Origin: an uncultured Verrucomicrobia subdivision 3 bacterium
Lineage (GTDB): Bacteria > Verrucomicrobiota > Verrucomicrobiia > Limisphaerales > UBA11358
Reading direction: 5' to 3'
Length of the DNA: 64,000 nt
Assembly (NCBI GenBank): GCA_903911825.1
Contig: CAIWFB010000216.1
Location: 1,317 to 65,316 of the forward strand
The notes under the pieces are model-generated. The model did not search any database. It had not been told where the DNA came from and worked only from the letters and a program-made list of their open reading frames with translations. The position numbers and the translations under genes were made by a program. Shown piece after piece: positions 28,287-36,577 of this stretch (its first letter is position 1; each line of letters opens with the position of its first letter).

Positions 28287-28385
28287 ACAAATCAACTTAG
28301 TCCTCGTTCGTCAGGTGTCAAACGACTTATTGAATTATTTTTTCAGGAGCGGCAGGCGAGACGCCTGCGCTACTTTGGCGACATC

Positions 28386-30545
28386 TCAAGGCACTAGACT
28401 CGCCAGATGGCGCGTGACGTGAAAAATTCCCAAGCACGTCTGCGCGGTGGTCGGATCATTCAGACAAAGCGCGCCTTCCCGGATACGGGGAACGGGTTCG
28501 CCTTCCATTTGTAGCGGAAATTTTTCGGCCAACATCCGGGCGTAGGCGGGAAAATTTTCGAAGCCGGCCGCGCGGAGCTGCGCCTGGTTCAGCAGCCGGA
28601 AAACGCCGCAGCTCGCTTGCGTGCTTTGGTGCATCAATTCCACCAGCACGCGGCCCATCGTGTAACGCGGATTGATCTCGACGATCGGTTTTAATCTGGC
28701 CGCGCCGCTGGCATCGCGATAAACGAAGGCATCAATGCCCAGCGGGCCGACGAATCCCACGCGGCGCAATTCGGCGGCGAGCACAGCAAAAATCTGGTCG
28801 TAAAATTCCAGCAGGCGGCTAGAAATATCTTTGGGTTCGGTGAACAGCGAAACGATGCGCGTGGGGATGCGTTTGTGATGATGCGATTCGGCGAAGTTCG
28901 CCTGAAACTGGCCGCGCGCGTCATTGAGCAAACCGGTGTAGCCGCACAGTTTCAGGCCGGTGGCGGTCATCTCCAACTGCACCGAAAAATCCAGCACGCG
29001 TTCCAACCACGGTTCAACGACGAGCTGGCGTTCATGGGCAAAGGTGTTTTCCAGCCAACGCAATTGATGCGGCAACAGCTCCGGCTCGAACAAACGCAAC
29101 GCGTTGCTGCCCGCGACGCCGTAGGCTTCTTTCACCATGATCTTATGATGGCCGCGCGCGCGGATCTGCGCGATGACGGCTTGGGCTTCGGAGAGAGAAT
29201 TCACGGCGATGCCGACTTCGTTTTCGGAACAAAGCCAAGAAATTGTAGGAGCCGATGTGAGGAGACTTTGCTCTGATTGAGACGCTAAGAAGTTTTGCGA
29301 CTCGTCACCTCGTCTCCTACAAGAAATTATTTTCCGCAACAGGTCGGCGCTCCAGGCTTTGGAATACAATTCCGCAAGGTTGGCATTGAAGCGTTGTTCA
29401 GCACTGCGTTTTTCGCCCGAGACGCTAGCAAAAATCGGTTTGAGCAGTTGTTGACTGTCCGGCCCCCAGGCCCACGGGCGCAGGCTACCCAGTTTGCGCG
29501 CTTGCAGGTCGGCAACGGAATCGGTGGCAGCAAATTCGGGCAGTGAGTAGCCCGCCTGCTTGATACGACTCAAGAATTCGACGGACGGCTTCTGGCGCAC
29601 CAGCACGATGTCGTCCTGTCGACAGAGAAATTGCGGCAGATTTTCCAAGTCGCGGGCGAGCTGCGCCTGCAGCTTGGTGGGATTGAATTTTTTGCCCTGC
29701 GCGAGAAACCCTTCGGTGAAGGCGTTGAAGACGTAAACGCTGGGCGTGCGACCGCGCGATTGCGAATAGACGTTCAGCTCGGCGATGAATTGCGGGTCGA
29801 GCCCGGCCGCGCGGCGGCCTTCGACATTCACGGAAAAGCCTTTGGCTCGTTGCGGCGACAGCGGAAACTTCAGTGTTTGGCAAAACGCTTCCCAATCGGA
29901 CTGGTTGGGATTTTTCCAGCGGCGAAACCATTTCAAGCCGTAAGCGACGTGACCGATCTCATCGTGATAAATTTTTTGAAGCAGCTTCGCGGAATCGGCA
30001 TCGCCTACGGTGGCGAAGTTGCGGCCGTAGTGCCCGGCGAAATCGAGATTCGCTTGCTCGAACGTCAGGCATAGTCCGGCGACGTAATCAATGGGATGCT
30101 GCATGGGCGCGATGCAGCGCCAGAAATAGCCGCTGACGGGAAAATCGCCAAACTCCACACCGCAGGCCTTCATGCGCGCCATATAGAGCCGCGTGTGTTC
30201 CTGTTCGTCTTTGAGCGTTTGAAACAGTCCTTTGCGAAACGCGGCGGGCGCATCGGGAAATTTCAGCAGCACGAGCGCCATGAGTTCGGTGGCGAGCAAT
30301 TCGTGATTGCCGAAAAAGTGCAGGAGCTTGCCGCGCTCGGTGGCGTCTTCGAGCCGATGCAAGCCGGGGAATTCGCTTTTGCCGGTGGCGTGTGGTTTGA
30401 AGGTGAGATTCGCCGGACGATTTGGCATTTCGGGAACCACGATGGCAGTGCCAGGGCGCTCGTCCGTGATGACGTCCGGCGTCTGGAGTTTTTCCTCCAG
30501 CGTCGTAGCGAACAAGACTTGTTCGGCGAAAGCGCGCAATTCCAT
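28386..30545 (-). CDS. Fusion protein: N-terminal DUF455-type ferritin-like domain + C-terminal ATP-grasp-like domain
   Basis: N-terminus: …GNHELLATELMALVLLKF…LKDEQEHTRLY…FEQANLDF…YHDEIGHVAYGLKWF. C-terminus: …KIMVKEAYGVAGSNALRL…LVVEPWLE…GPLGIDAFVY…VEINPRYTMG. Confidence 0.7.
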   Translation of the reverse strand: MELRAFAEQVLFATTLEEKLQTPDVITDERPGTAIVVPEMPNRPANLTFKPHATGKSEFPGLHRLEDATERGKLLHFFGNHELLATELMALVLLKFPDAPAAFRKGLFQTLKDEQEHTRLYMARMKACGVEFGDFPVSGYFWRCIAPMQHPIDYVAGLCLTFEQANLDFAGHYGRNFATVGDADSAKLLQKIYHDEIGHVAYGLKWFRRWKNPNQSDWEAFCQTLKFPLSPQRAKGFSVNVEGRRAAGLDPQFIAELNVYSQSRGRTPSVYVFNAFTEGFLAQGKKFNPTKLQAQLARDLENLPQFLCRQDDIVLVRQKPSVEFLSRIKQAGYSLPEFAATDSVADLQARKLGSLRPWAWGPDSQQLLKPIFASVSGEKRSAEQRFNANLAELYSKAWSADLLRKIISCRRRGDESQNFLASQSEQSLLTSAPTISWLCSENEVGIAVNSLSEAQAVIAQIRARGHHKIMVKEAYGVAGSNALRLFEPELLPHQLRWLENTFAHERQLVVEPWLERVLDFSVQLEMTATGLKLCGYTGLLNDARGQFQANFAESHHHKRIPTRIVSLFTEPKDISSRLLEFYDQIFAVLAAELRRVGFVGPLGIDAFVYRDASGAARLKPIVEINPRYTMGRVLVELMHQSTQASCGVFRLLNQAQLRAAGFENFPAYARMLAEKFPLQMEGEPVPRIREGALCLNDPTTAQTCLGIFHVTRHLASLVP

Positions 30546-30548
30546 GCG

Positions 30549-30998
30549 CTATTTTACGTCGCCTAGTTCCAATTTCAAAGCGTGCAGCGCCAGATTGATG
30601 TCCGCGATGAAGGCCACGAGCGACGCGCAGAGCGAGCCGAGGCACGCGATGAAAATCAACCCGACCAGCCACGCTTGGTCGCCGTGAAACCACGCGGTCA
30701 AAAACAACGTCACCATCAAGACCGCCGCCAGCAGGGCGCTGGTGACGGCAAATAAAATCGCGAGACGAATGATCTTGGCGCGGCGATAAATGATGTCCAC
30801 TTGGGCCAAGGTCGCGGCGTGATCGGCACCGGCGAGCTTGGGTAATTCTTTCGTCAGTTGGCGCGCACGGTCGATGCAACGCCCCAAACGATTGGTCATG
30901 GTGAGCAACAGCAGGCCCACGCCGGAGATGAGGATGACGGGCCCGACGGCATCGCGCAGTTCGGGAATGATTTGTTCGAGTGACGTGGTCGGCAACAT
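30549..30998 (-). CDS. DUF2721-like small membrane protein
   Basis: MLPTTSLEQIIPELRDAVGPVILISGVGLLLLTMTNRLGRCIDRARQL… with 3 TM helices. Start taken at Met15 of the ORF. Confidence 0.6.
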   Translation of the reverse strand: MLPTTSLEQIIPELRDAVGPVILISGVGLLLLTMTNRLGRCIDRARQLTKELPKLAGADHAATLAQVDIIYRRAKIIRLAILFAVTSALLAAVLMVTLFLTAWFHGDQAWLVGLIFIACLGSLCASLVAFIADINLALHALKLELGDVK

Positions 30999-31058
30999 AA
31001 ATTTTCTAACGCAGTTTAACCGCGCGGGGCCAACAAGCAACCGCCACCATGGGCCAGC

Positions 31059-32201
31059 TCAAACCTTGATCCATTTGCCGGTGGCGGAAGATTTTTCCAC
31101 GGCGGTGAGCACGCGCTGATTTTTCAAACCGTCTTCCAAGGTCGGGTGCACGGATTTGCCGTCGGCGCAGGCATTCACAAAATCGGCGATGGCGTGAACG
31201 AACGTGTGTTCGTAGCCGAGGCCGTGGCCCGGCGGCCACCAGTTCGCGACGTAAGGCTGAATGCCATCGCGCTGCGTCACGAGGATGTCGCGGAAACCCT
31301 GACGATCTTTCGGATCGTCGCCGTTGTAATATTTCAACCGATTCATGTCTTCAAAATCGAAGCAGAGCGAACCTTTGCTGCCGTTGATCTCGATCTCGAT
31401 ATGGTTGCGGCGACCGAGCGCATAACGCGTCGCTTCCAGATTGGCCATGACACCATTTTCCAGCCAGCCGATGAACGCGGACGAATCTGGCGCGGTGACT
31501 TTGCCGAGTTGCCGCTTGCCCTTCGCGAGCAGATCCGCGCGCGGCCGCTCCGGCACAAACGTGTGCACGACGCCGCAGACCTGGGTGAATTCGCCGACGA
31601 GATAGCGCGCGAGGTCAACGATGTGCGAGCCGATGTCGCTGTGCACGCCGCTGCCGCTGGTCTCCTTTTGCAAACGCCAGTCGAGGGGAAATTCCACATC
31701 CGCCAACCGATCTTGAGCGTAGCGGGCGCGGAAATGATACAGCTTGCCGAGCGTGCCTTCGCTCAACATCCGCTTGGCCAGTGCGATGGCAGGAATGCGC
31801 CGATAATTGTGGCAAACCATGTGGACGCCCTTCGCCTTTTTCGCGGCGGCGAAGATCGCTTCGCATTCCTTCAGATCGCGACCCAGGGGTTTTTCGCAGA
31901 GGACATGTTTGCCGTTCTTGAGCGCGGCGATGGCCATTTCCGCGTGCGCAAACGTCGGCGTGGCGATGTCCACGATATCTATCAAGGGCGATTCCACAAT
32001 GTCGCACCAATCGGTCGTAGCGTGTTCCCAACCGAGCTTGGCGCGGGCGGCTTGCACGCCGGCGGCATCGCGTCCGCAGAGCGTGTGCAACTCGATATTC
32101 GCTTTGAGATTGAAAAATTTCGGCGCCTGCCGCCACGCATTGGAATGCGCGCGCCCCATGAATTTGTAACCGATGAGTCCCACGCGGAAGGTTTTGGCCA
32201 T
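31059..32201 (-). CDS. Gfo/Idh/MocA-family NAD(P)-dependent oxidoreductase
   Basis: Rossmann N-terminus VGLIGYKFMGRAHSNAW and the LCEKPL motif. 380 aa. Confidence 0.85.
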   Translation of the reverse strand: MAKTFRVGLIGYKFMGRAHSNAWRQAPKFFNLKANIELHTLCGRDAAGVQAARAKLGWEHATTDWCDIVESPLIDIVDIATPTFAHAEMAIAALKNGKHVLCEKPLGRDLKECEAIFAAAKKAKGVHMVCHNYRRIPAIALAKRMLSEGTLGKLYHFRARYAQDRLADVEFPLDWRLQKETSGSGVHSDIGSHIVDLARYLVGEFTQVCGVVHTFVPERPRADLLAKGKRQLGKVTAPDSSAFIGWLENGVMANLEATRYALGRRNHIEIEINGSKGSLCFDFEDMNRLKYYNGDDPKDRQGFRDILVTQRDGIQPYVANWWPPGHGLGYEHTFVHAIADFVNACADGKSVHPTLEDGLKNQRVLTAVEKSSATGKWIKV

Positions 32202-32267
32202 AAATTTGGAAGTTGGGAATTGAACTGGTTTTGCTTGGCTTTATAGTGAGCGCACTAAATCAAGTCA

Positions 32268-33290
32268 ATGACTCTTACCACTGCCGAAATGGCCCAACTC
32301 CTCGCCGGCGACGTGCACGGCGACACCACCGCGACACTGACCGGTTTCGCCACCGCCGCCGAAGCCAAACCGGGCGATCTGACGTTCGCGGAAAAAGAGG
32401 AATTTTTCATCGCCGCCGAGAACAGCGCGGCCACGGCCATCATCGCGGGCAAAGACGCCGTTTCCACCAAGAAAGTCGTCATCCGCGTCGCCAATCCACG
32501 CGTGGCGTTTGCCAAAGCGCTCGCCATCTTTTTTCCCGAACCTAAATTCGCGGCGGGCATCCACCCGTCTGCGGTCATCGCGCCCTCCGCGCACGTGGAC
32601 GCGACGGCGCACGTCGGGCCGCATTGCGTGGTGGGCGAACGCGCGACGCTCGGCGCCAACGTGGTGCTGCAATCCGGTAATGCCGTCGGCGCGGATTCGA
32701 CGCTTGGTGAAGAGACGAATTTATTTCCCAACGTCACCGTGTATCCGCGCACGCAGATCGGCAAACGCGTGCGCATTCATGCGGGCGCGGCGATCGGCCC
32801 CGACGGTTTTGGTTACGTGCTCGACGGCGGGTTTCACCGCAAAGTGCCGCAGATCGGCAACGTGGTCATCGGCGACGATGTGGAGATCGGCGCGAACGTA
32901 ACGATAGATCGCGGCGCACTCGGTTCCACGGTCATCGGCAAAGGCACGAAGATTGATAACCTGGTGCAGATCGGCCACAACGTGCAGATCGGCGAGCATT
33001 GCATCGTCATCTCGCAAGTCGGCATCGCGGGCAGCACGAAGTTGGGGCACTACGTCATTCTCGCAGGCCAGGCCGGTCTGGGCGGACACCTCACGATTGG
33101 CAATCAAGTCACCGTGGGCGCGCAATCCGGCGTGATGTCGAATATTCCGGACGGCGGCAAATGGCTGGGGGCTCCGGCGCAACCGGACAAGGACTTCAAA
33201 CGCCAAGTCATCGCGTTGCGCTACCTGCCGGACTTGTTGAAGAAGGTGGCGACGTGGGAAAAGAAACTCGGCATGGGCGCGGAGGAATAA
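32268..33290 (+). CDS. lpxD: UDP-3-O-acylglucosamine N-acyltransferase
   Basis: 340 aa with an N-terminal uridine-binding-type domain followed by a long left-handed beta-helix of hexapeptide repeats (…[16 protein letters not shown]…[26 protein letters not shown]…). Confidence 0.88.
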   Translation: MTLTTAEMAQLLAGDVHGDTTATLTGFATAAEAKPGDLTFAEKEEFFIAAENSAATAIIAGKDAVSTKKVVIRVANPRVAFAKALAIFFPEPKFAAGIHPSAVIAPSAHVDATAHVGPHCVVGERATLGANVVLQSGNAVGADSTLGEETNLFPNVTVYPRTQIGKRVRIHAGAAIGPDGFGYVLDGGFHRKVPQIGNVVIGDDVEIGANVTIDRGALGSTVIGKGTKIDNLVQIGHNVQIGEHCIVISQVGIAGSTKLGHYVILAGQAGLGGHLTIGNQVTVGAQSGVMSNIPDGGKWLGAPAQPDKDFKRQVIALRYLPDLLKKVATWEKKLGMGAEE

Positions 33291-33316
33291 TTTTTCCACG
33301 GCGGAACCGGCAGGCT

Positions 33317-34594
33317 TCAGCAATACACGGTGAGCGTCTGGACGAGGGGTTGGACGCGGTTGTAATTCAAAACTTTTTCGATGTAAGTCGCATTCAGCGT
33401 TTTTCCCTCGGGCACGAGCAGCAAACCGCTGGGCGTGTAGATGCCGCGCGCGAGCACCATGCCGGGGCGCAGTTCGCCGAGGTGAACCTGGCGTTCGCGC
33501 CGGGGCACGGCGGCAATGGTCTGCGCGTGCAGAAACAGTTTTAACGCTTCGCGATCAAAAGCGGTATCCACGCCGAGTTTGAGGTGGTCGTTAGCGGCGA
33601 CATCCGTGAGACGGCAGGAGGCAAAGGCAACGGGCACGGCCAACAGGCGCGCGAGCCACGGAATATTTTCGCCGATGAGTTGATCGGGATAACCATGGCC
33701 ATCGACACGTTCGTGGTGGGCGCGAATGATGACGCCGACTTGATCCAGATGGCTAACGAAGGTGGCGAGTTCCTGGCCGAGAATGGGGTGCTGCTCGATG
33801 AGCGCGCGTTCGGCATCGGCGAGGCCATGCGGATCTTCCTGCCAGCGCCGGATGATCTGGCGCGGCACGCCGACGAGGCCGATGTCGTGGAGCAGGGCGG
33901 CGGTTTCGAGCACGCGCTGATCTTCGGGCGACAGTTTGGCGAGCTGACCCATGGCGCGGGCGAGTTCGGTGACGCGGCGGGCTTGATTGCCGAGCGACGG
34001 ATAAAACGTCTGCATGGTGTGCACGCAGAGTTCGATGGAGCGAAAGAGATTGGTTTCGAGGGCGGAATTGAGTTCGGCGAGCTTACGATTCTGGTGGCCG
34101 GTGAGTTGCAGTTGTTGCTCGAGCGAACGGTTCAGTTCCACGAGCTGGCTGTTCATGGACTGCGTGGCGTCCTGCAAATGGGCGTTCTGGCAGATGAGCT
34201 GGTGGCGCTGGAGGGCGTTCTGCAAGGTGGCGATGAATTCCTCATGCAACCACGGCTTGATGATGAACCGGAAAATTTCCCCTTTATTGATCGCGGCGAT
34301 GACAGTGTCGAGATTCAACACGGCGGTCGCGAGGATGCGCGTGGCGAAGGGCTGGATCTGGCGGGCGTGGCCGAGGAGTTCGAGGCCGGAGAGTTCGGGC
34401 ATCAACTGGTCGGAGATGATGACGGAAAATTTCTGTTTGCGGAGTTCGGCGAGCGCATCGAGCGGCGAGCTGAAACCGACGGCTTTGAAACCCGCGCGCT
34501 GCAAGGTCAGGAGGAGGGCAGACAGGAAAATCTTCTCGTCATCCACGACGAGAATGGGGTCGGCAGGAACAATCATTTCGTCCGGCGTTCTCAT
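33317..34594 (-). CDS. Response regulator with HD-GYP domain (probable c-di-GMP phosphodiesterase)
   Basis: Receiver domain ILVVDDEKIF…IISDQLMPELSGLELL, then LLHDIGLV … HHERVDGHGYPDQL. Confidence 0.85.
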   Translation of the reverse strand: MRTPDEMIVPADPILVVDDEKIFLSALLLTLQRAGFKAVGFSSPLDALAELRKQKFSVIISDQLMPELSGLELLGHARQIQPFATRILATAVLNLDTVIAAINKGEIFRFIIKPWLHEEFIATLQNALQRHQLICQNAHLQDATQSMNSQLVELNRSLEQQLQLTGHQNRKLAELNSALETNLFRSIELCVHTMQTFYPSLGNQARRVTELARAMGQLAKLSPEDQRVLETAALLHDIGLVGVPRQIIRRWQEDPHGLADAERALIEQHPILGQELATFVSHLDQVGVIIRAHHERVDGHGYPDQLIGENIPWLARLLAVPVAFASCRLTDVAANDHLKLGVDTAFDREALKLFLHAQTIAAVPRRERQVHLGELRPGMVLARGIYTPSGLLLVPEGKTLNATYIEKVLNYNRVQPLVQTLTVYC

Positions 34595-34615
34595 AATCCG
34601 GCCCGGAAAATCACA

Positions 34616-35008
34616 TCAGGAGACAAAGCTCCAAGCGGTGTCGGAGCCAAAAGCATAGGAGCGCTGGAGCAGTTTGAGATTGCGGCCCGCTTCGCTCAAT
34701 TCACTTAGTTTGGTCTGGGCGGTGGCTTGGGCGGCTTGCAGCAAGCGCTGGTTGCGCCGGGTGATCTCGACCAATTCGTGCCGATAGACACGGAGGACGG
34801 CTTCTTTTTGGTCGCACGCTTGACCGGTCAATTCCCATTCCTGACGGGCGGCCAGATTAAGGGCGCCGACTAATTTCTGAAAATCTTCGATGGCGGTCTG
34901 GCAATCGGCGAGCAGGGTCCAATCGCGCATCTCAATCGCTTGACCTTCCGCGAGGGCGAGGCGGCGCCATTCGCGATAGGCGTGGAATAATTCCTGTTCG
35001 GCATTCAT
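34616..35008 (-). CDS. Hypothetical coiled-coil protein in FliT-like position
   Basis: Start at Met31 of the ORF, giving an ATGA overlap with the fliS stop. About 130 aa and helical. Assignment is by position only. Confidence 0.5.
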   Translation of the reverse strand: MNAEQELFHAYREWRRLALAEGQAIEMRDWTLLADCQTAIEDFQKLVGALNLAARQEWELTGQACDQKEAVLRVYRHELVEITRRNQRLLQAAQATAQTKLSELSEAGRNLKLLQRSYAFGSDTAWSFVS

Positions 35009-35460
35009 GTGGCGCGGGAATGGTTGGAAGGCCAGCTCTCGGCCACGGCGGCGAATTGCGACGTGTCGGCCGTTTGACGCGTCAACATACCCGACCACGC
35101 ATCGCGCAATTGCTTGAGCATGGGGATGACCTCATCCACGCCTTTGCGGGACTTCTTGAGGTTACTCTCGACCAACCGGCGTTCAAAATAGACGTAAAGA
35201 TTACGCAACGTATCGGCGAGCTGCCCGCCGGATTCGGTATCGAGCGAATGATTCAATTCGCGGATGATGTCAATCGCCCGCGTGAGATTGTTGTGGATAG
35301 TGGTGTTGCGTTCACCAATCTCCATGACGTTGAACCCGAGCAGGGCGCGATCAATGGAATTGAGGGCACCGTCAAAAAGCATCAGCACCAACTGGCCGGG
35401 CGGCGCCGTTTGCGTGGAGATTTGCCGATAGGATTTCCAAGGATTAGCGGCGGGCATCAT
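35005..35460 (-). CDS. fliS: Flagellar export chaperone FliS
   Basis: …YRQISTQTAPPGQLVLMLFDGALNSIDRAL…IHNNLTRAIDIIRELNHSLD…LYVYFERRLVESNL. Confidence 0.85.
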   Translation of the reverse strand: MMPAANPWKSYRQISTQTAPPGQLVLMLFDGALNSIDRALLGFNVMEIGERNTTIHNNLTRAIDIIRELNHSLDTESGGQLADTLRNLYVYFERRLVESNLKKSRKGVDEVIPMLKQLRDAWSGMLTRQTADTSQFAAVAESWPSNHSRAT

Positions 35461-35480
35461 GAGGCGAGGCGAGTTAAGGG

Positions 35481-35813
35481 TTAGAGGCGCTTGGCGAGAA
35501 AGCCAGCGAGCTGGCCGAGTTGACCGGCCGAGGGATAGTTGGAATCCGCCACCAAGGCAGCGGCGCGAGCGACTTTTTCGGGGCGGACTTCCGCCGCCGG
35601 TTTAGCCAGTTGTTTGGCCAACTGGGTCGTTTCAAAAGAAACCGAATTGTCCGCCGGCGTTTCGGCCGCGCGACGGGCCGCAGCTTGACGGAGAGGAACG
35701 TAATTAGCGCCACCGGTATTGAATTCAACAACCATAATTTTAAATATTTTGGGAGTCAGACCGCCGGGTCTGCCTTCCCTTGATAAGTTGTCATCGGCGA
35801 AACGCATAAACAC
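35481..35813 (-). CDS. Small flagellar-locus protein, possibly anti-sigma-28 FlgM-like
   Basis: The C-terminus …EKVARAAALVADSNYPSAGQLGQLAGFLAKRL resembles the FlgM C-terminal helix region. The start is uncertain (Met27 at 35735 is an alternative). Confidence 0.4.
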   Translation of the reverse strand: MFMRFADDNLSREGRPGGLTPKIFKIMVVEFNTGGANYVPLRQAAARRAAETPADNSVSFETTQLAKQLAKPAAEVRPEKVARAAALVADSNYPSAGQLGQLAGFLAKRL

Positions 35814-35830
35814 TTTAGGAGTAATTTATT

Positions 35831-36550
35831 TCAATGCTCCGGCAGGGTGTCTAGCAACGCGGCGGCCGAGTAGCGGCCAAAGCGGCGGGGGGAATTAAGC
35901 GCCACCCAGTTTTCGGCCGCTGGCAACGCCGGCCAGACGGGCTTCTTTTGCTCAAAATGCCCAGCAGCCTTGGCAATGGCCGGTTGGGAGGCATCAAACA
36001 GCTCATCCGCCGCCCACAGAATCTGGCCGGAGTGCGCATCCACTAGCTTGAACCGCCAGCCCACGGCCAGCGGCGCGTAAGCCCGGTAAGTGGTCAATTC
36101 GCCAAACAACACGGCGTCACAACCATATTCCCGCCGGAGATAGGTGAAGAAATCCACCGGCAACACTTCGGCGCCGGTCCACGCCGAGCGACCGGTTGCG
36201 GAGCGGAGCTTGGTGGCATCCACCGCCACGGCTTCAAACCGTTTGAGCTTCACGAGCTGCTCCCACAACACCGGTGCGAGGGCTTCGCACCCTTCGGGCA
36301 GATCGCCCGCCTGACTGGCGGTTGCCAAGGGCAGAATGGCCACGCGTTGGAGGTTGAGCGAGAGTTTGGGCGGATAGACAAAGACGTTGTCCGGCCGAAA
36401 ATCCTGCTTATAAATACTGGTTTGGACAGGCGCTGATTGACAACCGATAAAGCCACCGCAAACGGCGGCGATACCGACTGACCAACCCAGACGCCAGAGT
36501 GATTTCGTGCTCCGGCCAGCACCGGAGGGAAACCCAAATTTTGAATTCAT
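35831..36550 (-). CDS. Putative lipoprotein (DUF799/LpoB/FlgO-like layout)
   Basis: Signal peptide ending in the lipobox-like GGFIGC. …RVAILPLATASQ…YGCDAVLFGELTTYRAY…KLVDAHSGQILWAAD. Confidence 0.55.
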   Translation of the reverse strand: MNSKFGFPSGAGRSTKSLWRLGWSVGIAAVCGGFIGCQSAPVQTSIYKQDFRPDNVFVYPPKLSLNLQRVAILPLATASQAGDLPEGCEALAPVLWEQLVKLKRFEAVAVDATKLRSATGRSAWTGAEVLPVDFFTYLRREYGCDAVLFGELTTYRAYAPLAVGWRFKLVDAHSGQILWAADELFDASQPAIAKAAGHFEQKKPVWPALPAAENWVALNSPRRFGRYSAAALLDTLPEH

Positions 36551-36577
36551 GGACTGCCTTTCAGCTAGTCACCGAGA

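Noticed and set aside
28340-28372. The hairpin GCAGGCG-aga-CGCCTGC as an intrinsic terminator for the DUF455 fusion gene
   Set aside because: On the minus strand it is followed by an A-run rather than a U-run, and on the plus strand the T-run precedes it. It does not fit the canonical intrinsic terminator form.
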